Below are positions 38,230 through 46,453 of a stretch of DNA of 64,000 nt, piece after piece. This DNA is from Candidatus Kaiserbacteria bacterium (lineage in GTDB: Bacteria > Patescibacteriota > Minisyncoccia > Phycocordibacterales > UBA2100). The notes under the pieces were generated by a model, which saw only the letters and a list, made by a program, of their open reading frames with translations, was not told where the DNA came from and searched no databases. The stretch's first letter is position 1, and each line of letters starts with the position of its first letter. The stretch is from contig JACPLC010000001.1 of NCBI GenBank assembly GCA_016186695.1, positions 32,284 through 96,283 of the forward strand, given 5' to 3'. Position numbers and translations under genes: made by a program.

Positions 38230-38931
38230 ATGACTCACGTTGTCCATCCATACGCACATCGTCTCGGCGTCATCCGCGACTGGAAAAGCCGCTGGTTTGC
38301 AAAAACTCCTAAAGAGTTCCGCGTGAATGTGATGGTTGACGCTGCGATACGACGTTTCCTCCGGAAGCGCCTGCGCGGGCACTACATCACCTCGGTGGAG
38401 ATCGAGCGGAGCGAAAAGCACATCCGATGTTTAATCAAGACCTCGCGCCCCGGTCTTGTCATCGGCCGCGGCGGAGAAGGCTCGACGAAACTCACGAAGG
38501 AGATCGAGGAGATCGTCCGCAAGGTGCCGAACGCACCGAAACTCTCGGTGCGTCTCGATATCGAAGAGGTACGCTCTCCCGAGAGTCAGGCGCCTGTCGT
38601 TGCCTACATGGTTGCCGAGGGTCTCGAAAAGCGACAGACGTTCCGCCGCGTACTCAAGCAGACCGTCGAGAAAGTGATGGCCAATCGTGATGTACAGGGT
38701 GTGCGTATTGCAATTGCCGGCCGCTTGGGCGGAGCGGAGATGTCACGCTCAGAGGAGATAAAGAGAGGCCGCGTGCCGCTTCAGACAATTCGTGCCGATA
38801 TCGATTTCGCCCGCGAGATGGCGTATCTGCCCTACGGCGTCATTGGCATCAAAGTCTGGATCTATCGCGGAGAAATATTTGCGGACGAGAAAAAGTCCGC
38901 CCAAGGCGGATCGGCCTCGGGCCGAAAATAA
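38230..38931 (+). CDS. rpsC: 30S ribosomal protein S3
   Basis: HPYAHRLG, RPGLVIGRGG, GRLGGAEM, GVIGIKVWIYRG. Confidence 0.98.
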   Translation: MTHVVHPYAHRLGVIRDWKSRWFAKTPKEFRVNVMVDAAIRRFLRKRLRGHYITSVEIERSEKHIRCLIKTSRPGLVIGRGGEGSTKLTKEIEEIVRKVPNAPKLSVRLDIEEVRSPESQAPVVAYMVAEGLEKRQTFRRVLKQTVEKVMANRDVQGVRIAIAGRLGGAEMSRSEEIKRGRVPLQTIRADIDFAREMAYLPYGVIGIKVWIYRGEIFADEKKSAQGGSASGRK

Positions 38932-38934
38932 TCT

Positions 38935-39357
38935 ATGCTTGCACCCAAAAAAGCGAAATTCAGAAAATGGCAGACAGGCCGCCGCCATGAGCGCAGGCAG
39001 CATGCGCCTGAAACCCGTGGCATCACGGTTGCCTTCGGGGCGTTCGGGCTTCGCGCGATAACACCCGCGCGTCTTACCTCCAATCAGATAGAATCGGCAC
39101 GTCGTGTTTTGGTGCGCGCAGGCGGAAAGACTGCAAAAGTGTGGGTCCGCGTATTTCCCGACAGGCCGTTCACCCAAAAAGCAGCCGAAGTCGGCATGGG
39201 GAGCGGGAAGGGCGACGTCGCAGGCTACGTTGTCGAAGTGCGCCCGGGGAGGGTGATCTTTGAGATCGACGGAGCGCCTGCCGATATGGCGCGCGAAGCG
39301 CTGCGTAAAGCCGGCACGAAACTTCCCTTAAAAGCACGCGTCGTTGCGCGACAGTAA
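38935..39357 (+). CDS. rplP: 50S ribosomal protein L16
   Basis: MLAPKKAKFRK, QIESARR, RVFPDRPFT, MGSGKG. Confidence 0.98.
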   Translation: MLAPKKAKFRKWQTGRRHERRQHAPETRGITVAFGAFGLRAITPARLTSNQIESARRVLVRAGGKTAKVWVRVFPDRPFTQKAAEVGMGSGKGDVAGYVVEVRPGRVIFEIDGAPADMAREALRKAGTKLPLKARVVARQ

Positions 39358-39367
39358 GCAAATCGCT

Positions 39368-39565
39368 ATGAAAAAGGTTGAGTACACATCTTGGAGTGCG
39401 GAAGATCTGAATAAGGAGATCGCGGAGAAACGCGAGGCCTTGAGGAATTTCCGCTTCGGCGGAGCAGGAAGCCGCACGCGCAACGTTCGTGAAGGCCGCA
39501 ACCTCCGCAAAGAGATCGCGCGGATTCTCACCGAACTTCGCAGCCGCGAGACGTCACGGCAATAA
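39368..39565 (+). CDS. rpmC: 50S ribosomal protein L29
   Basis: LRNFRF...LRKEIARILTEL; position in operon. Confidence 0.92.
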   Translation: MKKVEYTSWSAEDLNKEIAEKREALRNFRFGGAGSRTRNVREGRNLRKEIARILTELRSRETSRQ

Positions 39566-39571
39566 CAGCAT

Positions 39572-39832
39572 ATGGAAACCACTCAAAAACAAGGCAAGAT
39601 TCTTTCGGGAATCGTCGTGAAGGCGGCGATGAAAGACACGGTGACCGTACTTGTGGAGCGCTACGTGATGCATCCGAAATACAAAAAGTACCTGCGGAGA
39701 GGGAAGAAGTATCTCGTGCACGATCCGGGGAATAGCGCGAAGGTTGGTGACAAAGTCACGATCCACGAAGCTCGTCCGATCTCCAAGCGGAAGCACTTCG
39801 TCATTGTCTCGAGGCCGGACGATCGAAGCTAG
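39572..39832 (+). CDS. rpsQ: 30S ribosomal protein S17
   Basis: MKDTVTV, HPKYKKY, RPISKRKHF. Confidence 0.96.
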   Translation: METTQKQGKILSGIVVKAAMKDTVTVLVERYVMHPKYKKYLRRGKKYLVHDPGNSAKVGDKVTIHEARPISKRKHFVIVSRPDDRS

Positions 39833-39841
39833 AAACTATAT

Positions 39842-40222
39842 ATGTTGCAAGATCGCTCACTCGTTAAGATTGCTGATAACTCCGGCGGCATCGTCGGCAG
39901 GATCTTCAAGGTCCTCGGCGGCTCGCGAAAGCGCGCCGCGGAGATCGGCGACGAGGTTGTCATCTCGATACAGACCGCCCAGCCGCGAAAGCTCGTCAAG
40001 AAAAAAGAGGTGCACCGGGCTGTTATCGTGCGTCAGACAAAACCGTACCGGCGTTCCGACGGCTCCTACGTGCGCTTCGACGAGAACGCCGTTGTCCTGA
40101 TCGCGGGAACCGGAAAGGAACCGAAGGAGCCGAAGGCGAATCGCGTCTTCGGGCCCATTCCGCGCGAGCTCGCCCTGCGCGGCTATCAGAAAATCGCATC
40201 GCTTGCGCCTGAAGTCGTATAA
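39842..40222 (+). CDS. rplN: 50S ribosomal protein L14
   Basis: ADNSG, RFDENAVVLI, RVFGPIPREL, SLAPEVV. Confidence 0.97.
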   Translation: MLQDRSLVKIADNSGGIVGRIFKVLGGSRKRAAEIGDEVVISIQTAQPRKLVKKKEVHRAVIVRQTKPYRRSDGSYVRFDENAVVLIAGTGKEPKEPKANRVFGPIPRELALRGYQKIASLAPEVV

Positions 40223-40228
40223 ATCTGT

Positions 40229-40540
40229 ATGAAATTACGTAAAGGAGATAAAGTGATAGTAATTGCAGGCAAGGAACGCGGGAAAACCTCGACGATCGTT
40301 CGCGTGTTGCCGCAGGAGAATCTCGTAATCCTCGACGGGCTCAATCTTTCGAAGCGTCACCGGCGCCCTTCAGCACAAAATCGCAAGGGTCAGATCATCG
40401 AACGCGCGATGCCGATGCACGTATCGAACGTCATGATCGTCGACCCAAGGTCCGGGAAGCCCACGCGTGTGAAATTCAGTCGCGACAAAGAAGGCACTCG
40501 TATTCGCATCGCAGTCAAAAGCGGGCAGGAGATCAAATAA
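40229..40540 (+). CDS. rplX: 50S ribosomal protein L24
   Basis: KOW motif LRKGDKVIVIAGKERGK; PMHVSNV. Confidence 0.97.
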   Translation: MKLRKGDKVIVIAGKERGKTSTIVRVLPQENLVILDGLNLSKRHRRPSAQNRKGQIIERAMPMHVSNVMIVDPRSGKPTRVKFSRDKEGTRIRIAVKSGQEIK

Positions 40541-40543
40541 TCT

Positions 40544-41080
40544 ATGAACGCAACCTCACACAAAACGATGTTCGACGTGATGAAGGGCGATTTTGGCTAC
40601 ACCTCGCCCATGCAAACGCCGCGTGTGGTAAAAATCATAGTTTCAAGCGGTGTTGGCAAAGCCAACAAGGATAAAAAGCGCATGGATCTCATCGTGGATC
40701 GCCTTGCACGCATCACGGGCCAAGCGCCCGCACCTCGTGGCGCCAAAAAGGCGATCGCGAACTTCAAATCACGCAAGGGTGACATCGTCGGCTATCAGGT
40801 GACTTTGCGTGGCGCACGTGCCGCGGCTTTCTTAGAGAAACTCATTCATATTGTCTTTCCGCGCACCAAGGACTTCCGCGGCCTGAAATCTTCCTCGATC
40901 GATGAAATGGGGAATATCACCATTGGTATCAAGGAGCACACGGTATTTCCGGAAACAGCGGATGAGGACTCGAAGGACATATTCGGCCTCGCCGTAACGA
41001 TCGCCACGACTGCCAAAGACAAGAAAGAAGCCGAAAGCTTTCTCCGCCACCTCGGTCTCCCGTTACGCGAAGCAAAATAA
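40544..41080 (+). CDS. rplE: 50S ribosomal protein L5
   Basis: ITGQAP, VTLRG, PRTKDFRGL, GIKEHTVFPE. Confidence 0.97.
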   Translation: MNATSHKTMFDVMKGDFGYTSPMQTPRVVKIIVSSGVGKANKDKKRMDLIVDRLARITGQAPAPRGAKKAIANFKSRKGDIVGYQVTLRGARAAAFLEKLIHIVFPRTKDFRGLKSSSIDEMGNITIGIKEHTVFPETADEDSKDIFGLAVTIATTAKDKKEAESFLRHLGLPLREAK

Positions 41081-41082
41081 GT

Positions 41083-41261
41083 TTGACTTCTAACCGTATC
41101 TCGCGTATATTTTGCAGGCCTCGCAGGGGGCTTTGTTTTTAAATGATCCTGAGCGTAGTCGAAGGATATCGTAAGAACAAGGTCACGCAGGAAGCTTCCG
41201 TAACGTAGTCCGTAAGGACACGTGCAGGAGCTTCAAGCTTCTCCTTTCGCGGCGCACATTC
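41083..41261 (+). promoter_or_regulatory. internal promoter and structured leader before rpsN
   Basis: TTGACT-17-TATATT; nested stems GAAGCTTCC/GGAGCTTC, ACGT/ACGT, GTCC-GTAA-GGAC. Confidence 0.5.
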
Positions 41262-41447
41262 ATGGCAAAAAAGTCACTTATCGTTAAGGCAAACCGAAAG
41301 CCGAAGTTCTCTTCGCGCACGGTGCGGCGCTGCTTCAAATGCGGCCGGCCGCGCGGTTTTATGCGCGATTTCAATCTCTGCCGTATCTGCTTCCGCGAGG
41401 AAGCTTTGGAAGGAAATATTCCAGGAATAAAAAAGAGCTCATGGTAA
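41262..41447 (+). CDS. rpsN: 30S ribosomal protein S14 (type Z, zinc-binding)
   Basis: [10 protein letters not shown]...LCRICFRE. Confidence 0.97.
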   Translation: MAKKSLIVKANRKPKFSSRTVRRCFKCGRPRGFMRDFNLCRICFREEALEGNIPGIKKSSW

Positions 41448-41833
41448 ACGATCCCGTCGCAGATCTGGTTGTTCGACTCAAGAACGCCGCAGCGATCGGC
41501 AAGCCGTCTGTTTCGGTACCCTTTTCTAATTTCAAACTTGCGATCGCAGAGACGCTAAAAAACGCGGGCTACGTGAAAACGGTGGAGAAGAAAGGAAAAA
41601 AGGTAAAGAAGGTGCTCGACATCACGCTCACCTACAATGAGGGCAAACCGGCGATTTCTGGCGTGAAGCGCATCTCCAAGCCGGGGAGGCGGGTATACCG
41701 CGGCGCGCGCGAGCTCTTCGCGATCCGCTATGGTCACGGCGCTCTCATCCTCTCGACACCAAAAGGGGTGCTGACGAATGCAGATGCGCGTAAGCAAAAG
41801 GTCGGAGGAGAGGCGCTTTTTGAGGTTTGGTAG
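41441..41833 (+). CDS. rpsH: 30S ribosomal protein S8
   Basis: [37 protein letters not shown]. Confidence 0.97.
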   Translation: MVNDPVADLVVRLKNAAAIGKPSVSVPFSNFKLAIAETLKNAGYVKTVEKKGKKVKKVLDITLTYNEGKPAISGVKRISKPGRRVYRGARELFAIRYGHGALILSTPKGVLTNADARKQKVGGEALFEVW

Positions 41834-41860
41834 TTCGACTACGCTCACTATAAATAATGT

Positions 41861-42406
41861 ATGTCGCGCATAGGAAAAAAGCCAATTCAGATCCCCTCGG
41901 GCACCGATGTGTCGGTTGGCTCTGGCGAGGTGATCGTAAAAGGGAAAGGCGGCACACTAAAGCGCACGGTTCATCCGGCGGTTGCGATATCGATTGCAAA
42001 CGGAGAGGTGACTGTTGCACCCGCATCCGAAAGTCGTCTTGCGCGCGCACTCTGGGGCACGTATGCAGCGCATGTGCGCAACATGATCGCGGGCGTGAAT
42101 ACTCCGTTTACGAAAAAGCTCATTGTGGAGGGTATCGGCTATCGTGCGGAAGTTGCAGGTAAAGCACTGAAGCTTTCGGTCGGTTTCTCCCACCCCGTGC
42201 TTGTTCCTGTGCCCGAAGGCGTAACCGTTTCGATCGACAAAGGAACTATCGCGATCGTAGGCGCGGATAAAGAGAAGGTTGGTCAGTTTGCCGCCGCAGT
42301 GCGCGCGAAACGCGTACCCGAGCCGTACAAGGGCAAGGGCATTCGCTACGAGGACGAAGTGGTGCGTCGCAAGCAGGGCAAGAAGGCAGCTGTCGCAGCG
42401 GCATAA
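41861..42406 (+). CDS. rplF: 50S ribosomal protein L6
   Basis: MSRIGKKPI, GIGYRA, PEPYKGKGIRY. Confidence 0.98.
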   Translation: MSRIGKKPIQIPSGTDVSVGSGEVIVKGKGGTLKRTVHPAVAISIANGEVTVAPASESRLARALWGTYAAHVRNMIAGVNTPFTKKLIVEGIGYRAEVAGKALKLSVGFSHPVLVPVPEGVTVSIDKGTIAIVGADKEKVGQFAAAVRAKRVPEPYKGKGIRYEDEVVRRKQGKKAAVAAA

Positions 42407-42424
42407 CATTTTTCATTTGAGCAT

Positions 42425-42772
42425 ATGACACTTGCAATAAAACAACAGAAACGACAGAGGCGGCACCGGCGAGTGCGTGCAAAAGTTTTTGGCAACGCGA
42501 AGCGGCCGCGTCTTTCGATTTACAAATCGAACACCGCGCTCCTTGTGCAGATAATTGATGATTCAAAAGGAGCGACCCTAGCGTCAGTTTCCTCGGCGAA
42601 GGAATTGGGAAAGACGCCGCTTGAGCGTGCGGAAGCCGCTGCATCTACACTCGCGAAGCGTGCTAAAGAAAAGGGCATCCGCGCCGTCGTCTTCGACCGA
42701 GGTGGATTCCAGTATGTAGGGTCGATAAGGGCGTTTGCCGATGCGGCGCGTGCAGCCGGATTGGACTTCTAA
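42425..42772 (+). CDS. rplR: 50S ribosomal protein L18
   Basis: RPRLSIYKSN, VVFDRGGFQY, ARAAGLDF. Confidence 0.97.
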   Translation: MTLAIKQQKRQRRHRRVRAKVFGNAKRPRLSIYKSNTALLVQIIDDSKGATLASVSSAKELGKTPLERAEAAASTLAKRAKEKGIRAVVFDRGGFQYVGSIRAFADAARAAGLDF

Positions 42773-43381
42773 ATGTATATGACAACTGAACACAACATCG
42801 AGGAAGTCGAGGTAACATCGGTCCCTGCGGAAGTATCTGCCGCACCGGAAGAAAAGGCTATACCGGAGGAGCGGCCGGAGCGAAGACAATTCACCCGCGG
42901 ACGCAGGAGAGGTCCCCGCGGGGAGCGCGGCCGTGGGCGCGACGACCGCCGGAGCGAATTTGCACAGAAGTTGATAGGCATCCGGCGTGTTGCGCGTGTC
43001 ATGGCGGGCGGACGTCGCTTTAATTTTTCTGCCGCGCTCGTCTTGGGAGACAAAAAGGGGCGCGTCGGTGTCGGCGTCGGCAAGGCAGCGGATACTGCAC
43101 TTGCGATAGAGAAAGCGACTCGCGCGGCGAAAAGATCCATGATCACGCTGGATCTCAAGGAGGGGAGGAGCATCCCGCACAACGTCGAAGCGAAGTACTG
43201 CGCGTCGCGTGTCGAGATCCGTCCCTCGCCGGGACGCGGTCTCGTCGCGGGCTCATCCGTGCGCACTGTCTTGGAGCTCGGCGGTGTGTCGGATGTTACG
43301 GCGAAGATCCTCTCGCGAAGCCATAACCCAATCAACAACGCGCGCGCGGCTATCGAGGCGCTGCGAAAAATTTCGAAATAA
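42773..43381 (+). CDS. rpsE: 30S ribosomal protein S5
   Basis: RVARVMAGGRRFNFSA, GRVGVGVGKA. Confidence 0.97.
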   Translation: MYMTTEHNIEEVEVTSVPAEVSAAPEEKAIPEERPERRQFTRGRRRGPRGERGRGRDDRRSEFAQKLIGIRRVARVMAGGRRFNFSAALVLGDKKGRVGVGVGKAADTALAIEKATRAAKRSMITLDLKEGRSIPHNVEAKYCASRVEIRPSPGRGLVAGSSVRTVLELGGVSDVTAKILSRSHNPINNARAAIEALRKISK

Positions 43382-43385
43382 AACT

Positions 43386-43526
43386 ATGCCCGGTAGTACA
43401 ATTTCGAATCGCCTTGGTATGAATAATCACCAGACTATGACAAGACAAACCACGTCATCGGTATTACTAAGCGTGCGCAGTTGGAGCCGCGGCAGTAATT
43501 ATTCGAAATTGTACTAACCGGGTATG
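43386..43526 (+). other. start-codon hairpin element, copy 2 (encodes a 43-aa MPGS peptide stopping 6 nt before the rplO ATG)
   Basis: Same termini as copy 1; perfect 15-bp stem AGTACAATTTCGAAT/ATTCGAAATTGTACT. Confidence 0.8.
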
Positions 43527-43991
43527 CAACTCAACCAATTACATCGTCCCAAAAATCTGAAGCGCGGAAAACAGCGTGTGGGAAGGGGTCAATCCAGCGG
43601 CCGCGGCAAACAATCGGGTCGTGGCGGCAAGGGCCAGACCGCGCGCGCCGGTGCGAAGATCCGCCCCGAGTGGCGCGACATCATCAAGAGACTTCCGAAG
43701 CGGCGCGGTTTTGGCAAAAACCGCGGGCGTACTGTCGTAGGGACTCGCCCCGACGCACTTGCGCTCTCCGTAGGACGTCTTGAGAAACTCTTTGAATCAG
43801 GGGCGACTGTTTCTTCGGCTACGCTCTCGGAGCGTGGCGTCGGGGGGAGGAAATTTCGGTCGGTTAAGATTGTCGGCCCCTCAAATTCGCTCGGGGCAAG
43901 CGGTTTTACGAAGAAATTGACTATCAAGGGAATCGCGGTTTCTACGTCGGCCCGCGCGGCTATCGAAAAAGCCGGTGGTAGTATCATGTAA
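43524..43991 (+). CDS. rplO: 50S ribosomal protein L15
   Basis: RVGRGQSSGRGKQSGRGGKGQTAR, RLPKRRGF, IEKAGGS. Confidence 0.97.
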   Translation: MQLNQLHRPKNLKRGKQRVGRGQSSGRGKQSGRGGKGQTARAGAKIRPEWRDIIKRLPKRRGFGKNRGRTVVGTRPDALALSVGRLEKLFESGATVSSATLSERGVGGRKFRSVKIVGPSNSLGASGFTKKLTIKGIAVSTSARAAIEKAGGSIM

Positions 43992-43993
43992 CT

Positions 43994-45268
43994 ATGTGGG
44001 ACGCATTTGTTCGCAAGGTAAGGCTCATCATCGAAGACGAAACGCTACGCAATCGCGTCCTCTTCGTTCTCGGTGCGCTTATCGTCTTCCGCGTTCTTGC
44101 AGCTATTCCGATTCCCGGCATTGACGCTGCTGCTCTCGCAAACTATCTCGGAAACAACCAGTTCCTTGGTCTTCTCAACATTTTTTCGGGCGGCGGCTTC
44201 TCGACACTTTCTATCATGATGATCGGGGTTTCCCCGTACATCACAGCCGCGATAGTGATGCAACTTTCGACGGTTCTTTCGCCGCGCCTCAAAGCGCTCT
44301 ATCAGGAGGAAGGCGACGCGGGCCGTCAGCGCTTCATGCAATATTCGCGCTACCTCACGGTGCCGCTCTCGTTCATTCAGGCGTTCGGCTTTCTCATTCT
44401 GTTGCAGCAGAACAGCATCGTACCGGCGCTCGACGCTTTGCACCTACTTGCCAACGTCTGCGTTATCGCGGGAGGAGCGATACTCCTGATGTGGATCGGC
44501 GAACTTATCACGGAGTATGGGGTAGGAAACGGGGTTTCTCTCATAATCTTTGCTGGTATCGTCGCGGGGATTCCCTCTGCGCTCTCGCAATTCGCGTTTA
44601 CCTTCGATGTTGCGCAAGTGCCCGCGTATGTCGGATTTGCCGTCGCCGCAGCCGTTATTACGGCCGGCGTTGTCTTCATTACGGAAGCAGAGCGCCCGAT
44701 ACCAGTCACCTATGCACGCCGCGTGCGCGGCATGAAAGTGTTGGGAGGGATCTCCACGTACCTGCCGCTGCGCGTAAATCAGGCGGGCGTGATGCCGATC
44801 ATCTTTGCGCTCTCAATCCTTCTCTTTCCGCAGATGATCGCCTCCTTCCTTGCCCAAAGCTCCATTCCGTTCATTGCCTCACTTGCCGCCTCTGTCGCTT
44901 CGGGACTTGCAAATAACTGGTTGTACGGTGCGCTCTACTTTTTGCTCGTCGTCGTGTTTACCTACTTCTATACGGCGATCACCTTCGAGCCGCATCAGGT
45001 TGCAAAGAACCTACAGAAAAACGGCGCCTTTATCCCCGGTGTTCGTCCGGGCGGGACGACCGCCGACTACCTCGGCACGATAATCACGCGCGTCACGTTG
45101 GTCGGTGCACTCTTTTTGGGCTTTCTTGCGGTCTTGCCCATTATCCTTCAGGGTATTACCGGCATTACCGCTCTCACGATAGGCGGCACGGCACTCCTCA
45201 TTGTCGTATCAGTTGTTCTCGATGTCGTAAAAAAGATTGACGCCCAGACGTCTATACGGGAATATTAG
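43994..45268 (+). CDS. secY: preprotein translocase SecY
   Basis: IGVSPYITAAI, GVGNGVSLIIF, NQAGVMPIIFA, FIPGVRPG. Confidence 0.98.
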   Translation: MWDAFVRKVRLIIEDETLRNRVLFVLGALIVFRVLAAIPIPGIDAAALANYLGNNQFLGLLNIFSGGGFSTLSIMMIGVSPYITAAIVMQLSTVLSPRLKALYQEEGDAGRQRFMQYSRYLTVPLSFIQAFGFLILLQQNSIVPALDALHLLANVCVIAGGAILLMWIGELITEYGVGNGVSLIIFAGIVAGIPSALSQFAFTFDVAQVPAYVGFAVAAAVITAGVVFITEAERPIPVTYARRVRGMKVLGGISTYLPLRVNQAGVMPIIFALSILLFPQMIASFLAQSSIPFIASLAASVASGLANNWLYGALYFLLVVVFTYFYTAITFEPHQVAKNLQKNGAFIPGVRPGGTTADYLGTIITRVTLVGALFLGFLAVLPIILQGITGITALTIGGTALLIVVSVVLDVVKKIDAQTSIREY

Positions 45269-45270
45269 AC

Positions 45271-45858
45271 ATGAGCACAAAGCAGGTCGTCGTGATCGCC
45301 GGTCCTTCAGGGAGCGGCGAAAGTACGGTTACCCAGCGTATCGTCGATCGATATCCGAAGCGCGTGAAGCGACTTGTCACGGCAACGACGCGTCCGCCGC
45401 GAGCCGGAGAAAGAAACGGCACCGACTACTATTTTTTCTCGAAGGAGGAATTCGCAAAGCAAGAGGGAAATGGTCGGATTCTCGAATCGACATACATCAA
45501 GAATCGTGATACCTACTACGGCACGTATGCGCCTGATCTGGAGAAAAAGATTGCCTCAGGAAACATCGTTATCGTAAATCCTGACCTGGTTGGCGCACGC
45601 TACTACAAAGACCACTACGGCGCAGTAACGATTTTCATCGTGCCCGAAAATGTCGACGCGCTCGAGCGAAGGATTCGGGAGCGCTCGCCTGATCTGAGCG
45701 AAAAGGAGATCGCGTACCGCAAAGAGAATGCGGTGCGTGAGATGCAAAAAGAGCAATCGTTTTACGATCATGTTGTCGTGAACGCCGACGGAAAACTCGA
45801 CGCAGCGGTCGAACAGGTCGTGGCGATTCTCAAAAAAGAGGGCTATACTCTCGAGTAA
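45271..45858 (+). CDS. gmk: guanylate kinase
   Basis: GPSGSGES P-loop variant, TTRPPRAGERNGTDYYF, YYGT. Confidence 0.85.
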   Translation: MSTKQVVVIAGPSGSGESTVTQRIVDRYPKRVKRLVTATTRPPRAGERNGTDYYFFSKEEFAKQEGNGRILESTYIKNRDTYYGTYAPDLEKKIASGNIVIVNPDLVGARYYKDHYGAVTIFIVPENVDALERRIRERSPDLSEKEIAYRKENAVREMQKEQSFYDHVVVNADGKLDAAVEQVVAILKKEGYTLE

Positions 45859-45859
45859 T

Positions 45860-46453
45860 ATGGCTCCTGTTACGGTTGCGTTTTTTGGTATTTCCGGAAG
45901 TGGCAAGGGCACCCAGTGTGTGCTCCTCGAAGATTATCTCAAGGAGAAAGATCCTTCGCGCGGCGTCGTGCGCCCCGAGATGGGAGACCTTCTGCGCCGG
46001 TTCATGCAAAGCGGGACATCGCTAGGCAAGCACATCGCCGAGATCGTTAATTCCGGCGGTCTCGTTCCGTCGTTCATGCCTATTTACATGCTCACCGGCG
46101 TTTTGAATGAACAGTTTGATGGCTCGCAGCATTTGATCCTCGATGGAACGTGCAGACGACCCGATCAATCGCGCGCGGTCGACGACATGATGCGGCTTTG
46201 GAAACGCGAAAGCCTGCAGGCAGTCGTTCTCAAACTTTCGAAAGAAACGGCGAAGCAGCGTCTCGTCGCACGCGGAAGGGTTGACGATGCAACAGACGAA
46301 GCACTCGCGAGCCGCTTCGCGTGGTACGAAGAACATGTCGTCCCTTCAGTCGAGGAGCTTCGCAGTCTCGGATGGACGGTCCACGAAGTCGACGGCGAGT
46401 CAGATGTCGAAACGGTCCACAAAAGAATTCTCGCAACTCTCAAGCTTGCATGA
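45860..46453 (+). CDS. adk: adenylate kinase (short form)
   Basis: GISGSGKGTQ, MGDLLR, GGLVP, ILDG, RGRVDD. Confidence 0.9.
   Translation: MAPVTVAFFGISGSGKGTQCVLLEDYLKEKDPSRGVVRPEMGDLLRRFMQSGTSLGKHIAEIVNSGGLVPSFMPIYMLTGVLNEQFDGSQHLILDGTCRRPDQSRAVDDMMRLWKRESLQAVVLKLSKETAKQRLVARGRVDDATDEALASRFAWYEEHVVPSVEELRSLGWTVHEVDGESDVETVHKRILATLKLA

Noticed and set aside
43386-43517. Short ORF in the rpmD position read as a degenerate L30
   Set aside because: No L30 similarity; it shares termini with the element before rplV instead.
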